Shown one piece after another: positions 49,313 through 60,955 of a stretch of DNA of 64,000 nt. The notes under the pieces are model-generated. The model searched no databases. It was not told the DNA's origin and saw nothing but the letters and a program-made list of their open reading frames with translations. Each line of letters starts with the position of its first letter. Positions within the stretch are counted from its first letter, which is position 1. The DNA is from Malacoraja senta (Eukaryota), in NCBI GenBank assembly GCA_038087875.1, contig CM075988.1, forward strand, positions 24,492,001 to 24,556,000, given 5' to 3'. The translations under genes and the position numbers were made by a program.

Positions 49313-51808
49313 AGTTAAATGGTGAGAGCTATCCAACTCCCAGAAGATACACACAAAAAGCTGGAGTAACTCAGCGGGACAGGCAGCATCTCAAGAGAGA
49401 AGGAATGGGTGACGTTTCGGGTCGAGACCAGATCCTTCATCAAACTCTCATGTCAATGAAATCAAGAGCTTTCTGTACATTTTTCTTAGTCCGCTGGTTT
49501 GAAGACTTGCATCTATGAGATTGGGTTTCGTGTGTGTGTGTCAGACCAACTAATCAAATACAAATTTAAGTTATTGCCTGAGGATCTGAGAGTCCTTTTA
49601 AATTGGGAGAATAGCAACCCTTCGCCAGTGAGCAAACTGTTAGAAAAGACCCAAGGGGATATCTGACTCTCACTCTCCCATCTGTTTGGAGGAGAGCAAG
49701 GACGAAAGATAAAATCTAAAACTCAGTAGCTAGCTGCTGGCTCTTGTAAGAGGAGGTGATGGGTTGAGTTTGTTTCTCCAGATAGTCATCTGTCATTTCA
49801 GGCTGAAAGGTTTCTTTGCTCAGAGGTTTGCTAATCTAAGGAATTCTCCAGCTCACAAGGTAGTGGTTACTCATACATTGATCACATTTAAAAAGATCAA
49901 TAAATAGAATTAATGTTAAAAAAAACCAGCCATAAACTGATTGATAGGTACACAAACTCAAGAGGCAAAAAGTTGACTTGCACTTCTACTTTTTATGCCA
50001 AAGTAAAGCTCAGATGAGCGGGTTCCAGGAGAAAAGCAGTATTTCATCCCCAAGGCAATAATATATACAATAATTGTAAATGCATCCAGCATACTAATCC
50101 AAGGGATGTCAGGAATATGCTCCAAAGGTGCAAAGGCACAAGGGAAAAGCAAGTGCACTGAAAACGCAATGGGATCAAGTGGCAGGCCTCCAGAGACTTA
50201 CCTGGAGCTGTCCAAAAACTAGGCTCATCTCAGGACACCACGACAAGCAAAATGGTAAAAATCTACTCGGGCATTAAAACCGTCCTTTTCTTTTCATGCT
50301 CAGTTTTACAGCAGAGATATTATTGAACTAGAAAATGGTTGCCTTAAAATTAGATATATTGGTGTGAGGAATTCATTAAAAGCAATTAATTAAACATCAT
50401 TATGTCCATTGGGAAACTTGCGCAGGCACTTAGGTGTGCAACTCAGCTGAGTGAGGGAGTTTGGCATCCAGCGATGTCGCAAAGCATGTGCTACACATTT
50501 CCTCTCTCTCTGGATGAAACTTTGTTAAAAACTAACCCAAAACACTAGAAGCACAACTTGCTGAGTCCACCAATTGTAGGAACTCTTGATTTAATATCAA
50601 CATCTCGCACAAATCATCTGTCGGTCTCAGTTTTCAAAGCTCAGGATATTTGAACACTCACCACTGATTGCTCCATCACTGATCATAGCCACGGTATTCT
50701 ACGTACATCAAAGCCGTGCTTCATGATCTCTTCCTCGCTGGTCATTCCACATCTCACAGGGGTGTGGAGCCGCTCAAGGCAGAGAGTTCCTACAGGCCAG
50801 AAGATTGCATGGATTGTGGTAAAAAAGATTGAAAAGTTTACCCCTCTCCCCTCCTTGGGTGTATTGTGTGCACCTGTACTATGGTTGCCATTGGAAGGGG
50901 CCCCATTTAAAGTCTGATGATCTTTCCCATGACAAGCATGCCAATGCCAGGGCAGTCGTGAACTTGTCATGTACCTTTTAGACTTTCGAGATACTGTGCG
51001 GAAACAGGCCCTTCGGTCCACCGATTCCGCGCCAACCGATGTAGACCAATGTCCGCGCCAACCATATAGACTAACAACACCCTACACACTAGGGACAATT
51101 TGCAATTTTACCAAAGCCAATTAACCTACAAACCTGTACGTTTTTGGAGTGTGGGAAAAAAACGGAGCAAACCCATTGGGAATTAGCACGCTATGTTGTA
51201 CATGCTTAAAGTTTGTAAAGTTTCTTTGCAAGACCAGCTTGAGGTGAGATTGAACCTGTCGAGTAATCACTCAGTACACCAGGCTCACTGTAACCCCTGT
51301 GGAGTGGGGAGCACATGCAGTGTCCTCAGAAATGAGGATCTCCGATTTCAAAGTACAGTTCGCCTCAAAGTTCACTTGAGTGCCTCTGATACATCTTTCA
51401 TTGATGTTTTGTCCTGTTCCAGGCACAGGAAGAGTGGGGTTTGACCATGTTAAGAAAGCTGGTTGAGTTTGGTGAATGTGTTAGAAGGTTATACGTCAGC
51501 TGTAAAGACCACTTGTTGAGTTCCATCTCTATTTTATTGAGTCGGGGGGGAAATGGTGTACAGTACTCTAGGATCTGTGTGGCCTTGGCAGGTGACGACA
51601 CAGCTGGCAATAGTGATTAAAACCAGACAAAAGTGGTGAAAACCCTTTGAACCAACATCTTGGGGGCGAGGGTTCTAAGGCTGGAATGTTGTAACAGAGA
51701 TATCATGGTAAAGCCATGGAATGTCTGAGAACACATATGGGAATCAATATTTTGCTGACCAGGAGCCAATGAGTATCAGGGAAATTGATGAAGAAAGCTA
51801 GTAAGGAG

Positions 51809-52213
51809 CAAAGATCCTATAGCGGAGCAATATAGACCACTCCTGCTAAATGCAATGGGCTGACGTGTAGTACGCAACGGAGCGGAACGTGGGCCTTTTT
51901 TTCATCCATTTCAGTAACCCAACCCTACCCGACTCGCAGTGTAATAAATGTTGCGGGGGAACAGTTTGTGTTAATAAATTATAATTCTGAAAATGATGAA
52001 AAGATTTTTACCAAAGAACTTTTATTTTTACGAGGATGTTTCCGTAACCGGCTTCCGTCTCCGCACTAGTTATCTTTGCTCCGCTATGGGATCTTTGGTG
52101 CGGAGACGGAAGCCGGTTACGGAAATGGGGCCGAAAATTACCCATGAATCTGCCCATGACCGTACTACGTCTTTTTCGTCGAGTGCTCTATCTTGCTTGC
52201 TATAGGATCTTTG
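51809..52213. mobile_element. Non-autonomous DNA transposon (P- or hAT-like) with 8-bp TSD and internal palindrome
   Basis: TIRs CAAAGATCCTATAGC... / ...GCTATAGGATCTTTG (about 33 bp, imperfect); TSD GTAAGGAG / GTTAGGAG. Confidence 0.85.
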
Positions 52214-53172
52214 GTTAGGAGTTAGGATGCCAGGAACAGAGTGTTGGATGAACTAAACACTAACAGGAAGCAGAAGATGGAAATAACAATAGCCTGAATG
52301 TCAGTTTCAGGAGTAAATGGATGGAAGGATGGTACAATGGTACAATTCTCGTTACTGAGGAAGGGCTCTGGGGATGATGTTAGCTGGCCATTTCCCCCCA
52401 TCAATAAACCTAGTCTATAAGATTCACCAGTCTGTGGTCTGTGGTGGGCCTGTGAGGGTAACGAAACTGGAGAACAAGTTACAGAGTTAGCAGATAGATT
52501 GGTTTCAGAAATTTAAGTACAGTTTCTGGGCATTAATGCACATTGAATGGGGCTGATTGATGGTGATTTTAAGAAGGAAATTGCAGTGGATCAATGCGAA
52601 CACCACAGTACATGAATCATCAGAGCTTATCCAATCTATTAACATGTAAATCAAAATAATGAACTATTGATGTTCAGAAAGGACCTTCATTCACTCACAC
52701 TTCATCATTTAACACATTGCCCTCTTATCACTGCCCAAAAAACTGATCAGAGAAGACACCACCACATCCTTAGAAACCATACACTGGGACAGTGCGAACT
52801 TGTCCCAGGCAGCGTTAAGGTTCAATCTCAACTCCACTCACAAGCTTTCTATTCATGTGTAAGAACGAACTGCAGATGCTGGTTTAAATCGAAAGTAGAC
52901 AAAATGCTGGAGTAACTCAGCGGGACAGGCAGCATCTCTGGAGAGGTTGAATGTATTCATTCCTGTTCAGCAACCTCTCCATCCCCTCCGCATCATCTGA
53001 GATGCCAACATCAATATCTGCCAACATTAATTACTCTCCACTGCCTGGCTGATTCCCTCATCGACCCCCGCCCCTCCCACCAGCCCACCCTCGCCATGTA
53101 ATGGTGGAGTGAAGTCACAGCCTGCCTGAGCTCAAATATCTGTTCCTGACAATAAACAGCAGAGCACCCTGA

Positions 53173-53593
53173 TCTCCGTGGATTGTCACCTTGTCGTGGT
53201 GGAGAAGCTTGTGTGGACCTGAGAGCGATGCCGTCTGGAGCCATGGCTATGGTAGGGCCACACATGGCGATAAGATCGAGGGGGGGGGTCTCTGACAAAG
53301 AGCAATCCAACCAAGACCTCAACGGTGGAACAGGCGAAGGACGATGGCTGACCTTAGTGGAGCGTCACAACGGCTGGGAAGGCGGATGAAGGCTGCAGCA
53401 GAAAAGGGTCTCCGGTCATCTTGGACTCCATGCCACTGGATCCTGACCCAGATCTGTCAAGGACCGTGGGGTGGCTGTCTGTGCACCAGTCTCCCCACGT
53501 TAAACAAAGTCACGCACAGGCGTCCTCCATATAGGGAATAGCACCCTGGAGACACCCATGGTCAGCCATGACCGAGGGGGGCCTAAGAATAAG
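53173..53593 (+). mobile_element. Internally deleted (bipartite) RTE-type retroposon
   Basis: RTE/BovB-like 5' signature CACCTTGTCGTGGTGGAGAAGCTTG; RTE-like 3' hairpin GGTCA-GCCA-TGACC with short TAAG tail; no RT coding between. Confidence 0.6.
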
Positions 53594-53994
53594 ATCTTAT
53601 GCGGAGGGGTGGGGGGCTGAAGATGGATTGGGTGAGTTACTCCAACTCCTTGCCCTTCATTGTCATCCTGATGGCATCTCTGCGTTGAAGAACCATCAAG
53701 TCGTGCAGCATGGAAACAGGTCCTTCGGCCCAACCCATCCATGCTGACCAAGATGCCCATCTAAGACAGACACAAAATGCTGGAGCAACTCGGCTGGATG
53801 GGCAGCATCTCTGGATAGAAGGAATGGGTGACGTTTGGGTCTCGACTCGAAACACTACCCAATCCTCTCCAGAGATTCTGCCTATCCCGCTAAGTTACTC
53901 CAGCATTTTGTGTCTATCTTTGGTGTAAACCAGCATCTGCAGTTCCTTCCTACACACGGCCCATCTAAGATATTAACATTGGCCCATGGTTTAC

Positions 53995-54575
53995 TCATAT
54001 CCCTCTAAACCTCTCCTCTCTATGTTCTTATCCAAACATCTTTCAAACATTGCTATTGTACTTGCCTCAGTCTTCGCCTTAGTCTGCCAGCTCTTTCCAT
54101 ATACATAGCACCTTCTGTGTGAAAAGGTGGCTCCTCAGGGCGCTATTAAACCTTCCCCCTCTACCTTAAAACATGTCCTCTAGTTCTTGCCCTCTCCCTA
54201 ACCCTGAGAAAAAAAACACTTTAAAATTCTCCCTATCTATTCCTCTCGTGATTTTATACACCTGTATAAGATCACCCCTCAGTTTCTTATGCTCCAAGGA
54301 ATGAGGTCCTAGACTACCAACCTCTCCCTGTGACTCGGTCGCTCAATTCTTGGCAATATCCTGGTAAATCTTTTCCACAGACTTTCCATCTTAATGACAT
54401 CTTTCCTATAGACGGCTGACCAAAAGTGACCAGAATAGTCCAAGTACAGCCTCACTGACATCTTGTACAACCACAGCATACTTCTATACAATACCCTGAC
54501 TGATGAAGGACAGCTTGCCAAAAGCCTTCTTCACCACCCTGGGAACCTGTGATGCCCCATTTAGCAAACTATGTG
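53995..54575 (-). mobile_element. Degraded CR1 3' portion
   Basis: LYKMSVRLYLDYSGHFWSAVYRKDVIKMESLWKRFTRILP. Confidence 0.75.
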
Positions 54576-54906
54576 CTTGTAGGCCTTGGTGACTTCTCTC
54601 AGTGCCTTCTCCCTAAACATTATACCCTCACTGAGAGTCTGGTGGGGTGCAGTATTCTGCTCCTATTTACAAGCCGGCTCTCAGCAGTTTAAAATCCCCG
54701 ATTACATTATCTTCTTTGCTCTGATCACTCAGTTAAGCTCTGTCTCACAGGCTGAAGGATTAAAATAATTTCAGACCATAACAACTATTTCCAGACTCTC
54801 AGCGAGCTGGTGCTGAGAATAATTCTAGTTAACAATGAAACCTACCACTAGATTTCTGAAGGGAACTGGAAAAAGACTTGAAGAAACTTGAAGTGATAAG
54901 AGACAG

Positions 54907-55063
54907 TCTTCTTCTTATCGAGTCCACACACAAGATTAGAAGTTGTTCAGCCAGAGCTGAACACACTTCTCAGCATCTGCATACAATGGTGTCTGTCTTG
55001 TGCGTGGTGGTGGAAAGATTGGTGGAAACAGGGCCGCGACATGAACGCTCTTTCCTTGACCCC
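54907..55063 (-). mobile_element. Short (GAA)n-tailed retroposon, family B
   Basis: TSD ATAAGAGACAG (54896-54906) / ATCAGAGACAG (55064-55074). Confidence 0.88.
55012..55063 (-). ncRNA. Minimal HDV-like ribozyme fold
   Basis: GGGGTC AA GGAAAGA GCG TTCATGT CGC GGCCCT GTTTCCAC CAA TCTTTCC: P1 6 bp, P2 7 bp, P3 3 bp. Confidence 0.75.
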
Positions 55064-55697
55064 ATCAGAGACAGATAGTGAATGGGATTAACTGGGTTTA
55101 GAGTTGTGCAGCATGGAAACAGATTCTTCAGCTCATAAAGTCCAAGCCAACTGTTAAGCACCCAGTTACATTAAACCAACACTAGCCCAGTTTATATTCT
55201 CCCTGCATCCCATCATTTCCAAAGGATGTGCTAGTCGGTAGGTTATGCGTCTGATGTACATTGCACAAGAGGGAGGTAGGTGAATCAGGGGGCATTGATG
55301 GATATTTGGGTGGGAATAAGTGATAGGCAGTGAGACTGATACATTTGCTCTGGTAGCTGACATTGATTCAATAGGCCAAATGACAAATGAAATGTGGGAA
55401 ATATACACTTCTTCCACCCCAAAATGTACAGAACTCCATTCCAAACGCACACAATGTGCAACGTTCTCCCAAAACACACACTCTCCTTCTGAAGAGTTCA
55501 TGTTTCCCCACACCGACCAACATTCCCCATCTACACTAGTCCCACCTACCTGCGTTTGGCTCATTTCACTCTAAACCCATCCCATGTACCTGTCTATATG
55601 TGTCTTAAGCATTTCAATAGTACCTGCCTCAACTACATCCTCCGGGAACTCGTTCCATACACCCACCACTCTTGCGTAAGTTATGATGTGAAGTTAT

Positions 55698-55925
55698 GAA
55701 TAGACAATAGACAATAAACAATAGGTGCAGGAGTAGGCCATTCGGCCCTTCGAGCCAGCACTGCCATTCACTGTGATCATGGCTGATCATCCCCAATCAG
55801 TACCCCGTTCCTGCCTTCCCCCCATATCCCCTGACTCCGCAATTTTTAAGAGCCCTATCTAGCTCTCTATGAAAGCATCCAGAGAACCTGCCTCCACCGC
55901 CCTCTGAGGCAGAGAATTCCACAGA
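55698..55925 (-). mobile_element. CR1 3' end, (CTATTGT)n-tail subfamily
   Basis: Closely similar to 25340-25560 and 56202-56405. Confidence 0.85.
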
Positions 55926-56201
55926 CTTTGAAGAAACCAGAGTTGGCAATCCCAGTCAATAATAATAACAACGGGACATGAAGCAACATCAGCACACTAT
56001 ATTCTACCACTGAATATAATACAGAATAGAATCTCCATCAAATTCTGCCACTTGTGTCCACCACATTTTGACCAGGGATAAATTTCAGCCCCGCACCAGG
56101 CTGAGCACGCGACCAGGAATACTCAAGAGGGCAGGAGACCCAGGAAATATGACGTCACAACACACAAAGGGTGGTGGGTGTATGGAACAAGCTGCCAGAT
56201 T

Positions 56202-56405
56202 GACAATAGACAATAGACAATAGGTGCAGGAGTAGGCCATTTGGCCCATCGAGCCAGCACCGCCATTCAATGTGATCATGGCTGATCATCCCCAATCAGT
56301 ACCCCGTTCCTGCCTTCTCCCCATATCCCCTGACTCTGCTATTTTTAAGAGCCCTATCTTGAAAGCATCCATAGAACCTGCCTCCACCGCCCTCTGGGGC
56401 AGAGA
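56202..56405 (-). mobile_element. CR1 3' end, (CTATTGT)n-tail subfamily
   Basis: Closely similar to 55698-55925. Confidence 0.85.
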
Positions 56406-57409
56406 TTGGTTTTCTAGATAAGTGTTCTTTATAAACATTGGCAGAAGTAGTTAAGAAAAATGTATTTAAGTCAACAAACTGTAGTGCGCTGTCTGAAAGG
56501 ATGGTAGAAAGAAGCCTTCAGCATTTTTTAAGGAAGTATAGGAATCAGCAGTCCAAGAGATACAAAATGCAGATTCATGGACTTTGAGCTAGGATACATT
56601 ATTTAGACTGTATGGGTGGGTGTTGGGAAAGTGGGGGTTGTGGTTGGGGTGGTAGAGCAATGAGCAGAGCAGTGGGGAAAGTGCAATTAATAGTCGGGTG
56701 AAGACATTCAGTGATGATATCAGAAAACAACCCTTCACACACAGAAAACACACTGCTGCAGGAACTCAATGGATTGGGCAGCAACCTTAGGCAGAGGGAA
56801 GTGGGATGACATTTTGGGTCGGATCCCTTCTTTAGACTGACGGAGTAGAGGAGAGTTAGCTGGTAGAGTCATACAGTACGGAAACAGGCACTCAGTACAA
56901 CCCGTCAATGCCAACCATGATGCACCTTTTATGCTAGTCCCATTTGCCGGCTTTTTGGTCCATATCCCTAAACCTTTCCTCTCTATCTACCTGTCCGTGT
57001 TTCTTTTACATGTTGTCATTGTACCAGCCTTGACTACCTCCTCTTGCAGCTTATTCCATATGCCCACCGCCCTCTGAGGTGAGGAGAAGGGGTGGTAAGT
57101 GATAGGTGGATACATGGAGAGGTAGATTGGCAGATGAGTCAGGTGAGGGAGAGAGAAAACCTGACCGAGGCTGGAGGTGATGCATGGAGAAGACAAAAGG
57201 GTGCAAATGGTAGGAACTAATAAGGAAAGAAGATGGGGAGTGAAATAGTGAACCAGAGAGTAGGAAGAAGGGAAAAGGATGGAAGGATATAGGGAAATGG
57301 GGTTCCAGAGTAGGGAAGGGTGGATGATGAGCAGATGGAGTAGGTGAAAGGTGGAAGATGTGCATGGGGGCTGGGGGGGAGGGGGGCTACATATATGAGA
57401 AGGAGGGAG

Positions 57410-58175
57410 GATGCTTATGTGAAATTAGAGAATTGAATGTTCCTTGGGTTGTAGGCTACCCAAACGGAACATGAGATGTTCCTAGCAAACAGCTAACAAT
57501 GGCCTGTTTCCTTTATCATCATTACTTTTTTGCATATCTTTCACTCATTTGTTCTATCTCTCTCTGCATCACCGTCTATGTCTCTCATTCCCCCCCCCCC
57601 CCCGACTCTCAGTCTGAAGAAGGGTCTCGACCCAAAATGTCACCCATTCCTTCTCTCCAGAGATGCTGCCTGTCCCGCTGAGTTACTCCAGCGCTGAGTC
57701 TATGAGATGCTGTTCTACAGTTTGCGCGTGGCCTCACTCTGGCAATGGAAGAGGCCAAGGACAGACAGGTCAGTGTGAAGCAAGGGAAGGGGGTATTAAA
57801 ATGGTGAGCAACCGGGATCTCCAGCTCGCCCTGGTGGTCAGAGCGCAAGTGGTCAGCAAAATCGATGCATTGTCTCACCAATGTGGAGGAGATGGGGAAA
57901 AGGCAGGCACGGGTTATTGATTGGGGACGATCAGCCATGATCACAATGAATGGCAGTGCTGGCTTGAAGGGCCAAATGGCCTCCTCCTGCACCTATTTTC
58001 TATGTTTGTATGAGATCTCATTGAGATCACTGAATGCAAAAGGTTGGCGGAGGTGCATGTAAACCTCCGTCTCACCTGGGAGATTTGTTTGGCTCCCTGA
58101 ATGGATATGTTGGACAAAGTGGATGGACAGGTGGGCAAGTGTTGCATCTCCTGTGGTTGCAAGAGAAGGTACCTG
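57410..58175 (-). pseudogene. Fragmented Penelope-like ORF (Zn-finger linker and GIY-YIG) with nested pseudo-LTR (about 57482-57692) and CR1 tail (about 57880-58005)
   Basis: GTFSCNHRRCNTCP, IQGAKQISQVRRRFTCTSANL, FADHLRS...PVAHHFN and HLMFRLGSLQP. Confidence 0.75.
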
Positions 58176-59309
58176 GTGTAACTCAGTGGGTCAGGCAGCA
58201 TCTATGGAGGAAGGAAAGGGGTAGGTTTATGTTGGGAGGGATATGCAAACGAATGAATCACAGGTACCATCATCAGTCTCTTGTATCTCAATTATTCCCA
58301 CAAATTTGAAACTCTTCCAAAAAACTGTTGAGGCTGGAAGTCTTTGGATAATTTAAATCCTGACACCGACCTCTTATTGGCAATTGAGTTAAAGAACCAA
58401 GGTAGATAAATTAAGTACAATAAAAAACACGGAACATTGGAAGAAAGCAGCGGGATAAATTAAGTAATTTGCTGATCAGCCCTGCACTTAATTGAATTGT
58501 AGATGAGTTGAGGGGACGGAGTGACCTACTCCCATTCTGGTGTCTGCGCAGTCTCTCCCTGAAGCTCGGTTCCAGCTTTGGACCAAGTACGCCAACTTCT
58601 CCGGTGCCAAATCCTGCTGAACTGCTGCCCTCTGCAGACCGCAGCTGGTACTGCCCGGGGCAGCCACCGTTCTCACAAATCGGATTGGACTGCGGCTATA
58701 GTATCCACTGCTGTCTGTCAGGGTTAGTTGATTGTATTTGATGCCAGAAGCAAAGTTGCAATGTCAAGGTCATTCTGTCATTCCTGTGTTATCTATTTCC
58801 TTTGCCCAAGGATTTTATTTTAATTTTGAAGCTCACATGACAAGGACCTGGTAGAAGTTATTAAAAATATTCCGTTTGCTCCAAAAATCAAACAAAGAAC
58901 TCTGTGATTTAGTTGGTAAACACCTCTGTCGGTTGTTAACCCACGACTTTCTCTGTTGATATCTTTAGTTCAATCCTTCCATTACCTGTGATTTTATCCT
59001 TATTAACCCATAACTGTCTCTGGATACTCTCCGACTTTGTCGATGGTCTCCCTGCCTTGTAGAAGTTGGTGTTCAGTCATTCGGGGATGAAGGAGGCCGC
59101 TGAGGGGTGAAGGTTTGCTGTCATGTTAACTAAATACTATGTGTCATGTTGCATTAGAACTAATAGTGGAGAAATGTTTAGATGCCAAACACAGAGCAAA
59201 ACTCATCCAATGGCTATGAGTCATTGCTGCAGCAAGTAAGAATTTCATTGTTCTATCTGGGACACATGACAATAAAACACACTTGACCCTCTTGACTCTT
59301 GAGATCACC

Positions 59310-59445
59310 CCTGACTTTGGTTTCTCGCCTGTGATGATTTTCAGGGCCTGCCACAATCACCTGGCAGTCAGATCTCTACACGATAGCCTTGGGTACATCG
59401 CACTTGGCCTTCTTGCACAGTGCGAGATCGTCCTTCAAAAAAGCC
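59310..59445 (-). mobile_element. Rex1-like LINE fragment
   Basis: WQALKIITGEKPK resembles the Rex1 pre-RT region. Confidence 0.5.
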
Positions 59446-59479
59446 TTGGATCTGAACTTTAGCAGACAGGGAGTCTCCT

Positions 59480-59768
59480 TGTTTAGTTTGGAGATACAGC
59501 GCGGAAACAGGCCCTTGGGCCCACTGAGTCTGCATGATCAGCGATCCCCGCACATTAACACTATCCTGCACACACATAATATGTCATTATACCAAGCCAA
59601 TTGACCTACAAACCTGTACGTCTTCGGAGTGTGGGAGGAAACCGGACAAAAACCCACACGGTCACAGGCAGAATGTACAAACTCCATACAGACAGCACCC
59701 ATAGACAGGGTCGAACGCAGGTCTCTGGCACTGTTAGGCAGCAACCGTACCGCTGTGCCACCGTGCCT
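59480..59768 (-). mobile_element. HE1-type V-SINE
   Basis: tRNA-like head, V domain and tail in reverse. Confidence 0.8.
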
Positions 59769-60331
59769 CCTCCATGTTCATCTAAGATTTCTAGTCCGGC
59801 TAGACCCTAATTGTCTCTGTCTGATTTCTGTACAAAACAGTGATGACTGGTGCATACTCGTACTAATTGGATGAAGTGGTGGTGAACATGTTCAGTCCAA
59901 CTCAAGGCAGTCCTAACGAAGACCATCGGTCAAGCCCGAGTGCTGCTTTATTACACTTTTCGCTGATGCCTCTCATTTCAGTCTGTCTGTAAGCACTATC
60001 TGATGATCAGCCTGGCCAAAACAAGGAATGGAGCGATCGGCATACTAGACGAGTGTGTTTTGCTAATACTGCTGCAGATGCCAAAAGTTTAATTACATCC
60101 CACACTGAGTCTGCATAAAGGCCATCTCCCTCATGTCTGCACCATCACAGGGGGCACAGATGCGTTTCCATGGCAGCTCAGATTCAGCTGCTGTGAGGGA
60201 TGAAACAGCGATCGACCCTTTACTCTCCAACTTGTTTGGGTATGAAACTGCACCCTGTATTTTGTGAGTATCAGCGGGGTCAGTGACAGCAAGAAGATGA
60301 GCAGCTGGCAAAATATACAGCAGAAGCTGTT

Positions 60332-60648
60332 GGGCAGCACGGTGGCGCAGCGGTAGAGTTGCTGCCTCACAGCGCCAGAGACCCGGGTTCGATCCTGACT
60401 TTGGGTGCTGACTGCATGGAGTTTGTACGTTCTCCCCGTGACCTGCGTGGGTTTTCCCCAGGATCTCCAGTTTCCTCCCACACTCCAAAGAGGTGCAGGT
60501 TTGTAGGTAAATTAGCTTGGTATAATTGTAAATTGTCCCTAGTGCGTGAAGGATGGTGTTAGTGTGCGGAGATCGCTGGTCGGCGCGGACTCGTTGGGCC
60601 GAAGGGCCTGTTTCCGCGCTGTATCTCTAAACAAAGCTGAAACTAAAC
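60332..60648 (+). mobile_element. HE1-type V-SINE, full length
   Basis: A box TGGCGCAGCGG at 60343-60353, B box GGTTCGATCC at 60386-60395, V domain, CR1-derived tail. Confidence 0.9.
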
Positions 60649-60827
60649 GCCACGGCTGCCAATAGTGGAGTGATTAACATCACTGCTGTGCAATAAGTCA
60701 TAATTGGAGAACAGAGAACTGAGATGATTACATTGCAGAAGATGGTGACAAATATAGGGAAGAAAGAAGCTAAGGAGGGATTTGAAAATATTTATTCATC
60801 AGTGCTCTGATGAGACCAGGGACCAAC

Positions 60828-60955
60828 ACAGGAACAGCACCTCATATTTCGCTTGGGTAGTTTAGACCCCAGCAGTATGAACATTGGCTTCTCTAATTTT
60901 AGATAGCCCTTGCTTTCTCCCTCCTTCCCCTCCCCCTTCCCAGTTCTCCCACAAG
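60828..60955 (+). mobile_element. Penelope-like GIY-YIG C-terminal fragment
   Basis: EQHLIFRLGSLDPSSMNI; matches 34345-34470. Confidence 0.75.

Noticed and set aside
50662..50789. Minus-strand segment with a plausible acceptor (CCTGTAG) and donor (GTGAGT)
   Set aside because: Stops in all three frames and no recognisable protein; a non-coding exon cannot be excluded but is unsupported
58488..58741. GC-richer stretch with overlapping short ORFs
   Set aside because: No convincing splice sites or recognisable protein
60332..60400. tRNA-like sequence with A and B boxes
   Set aside because: It is a SINE head running into the V domain, not a tRNA gene; the same holds for the other copies
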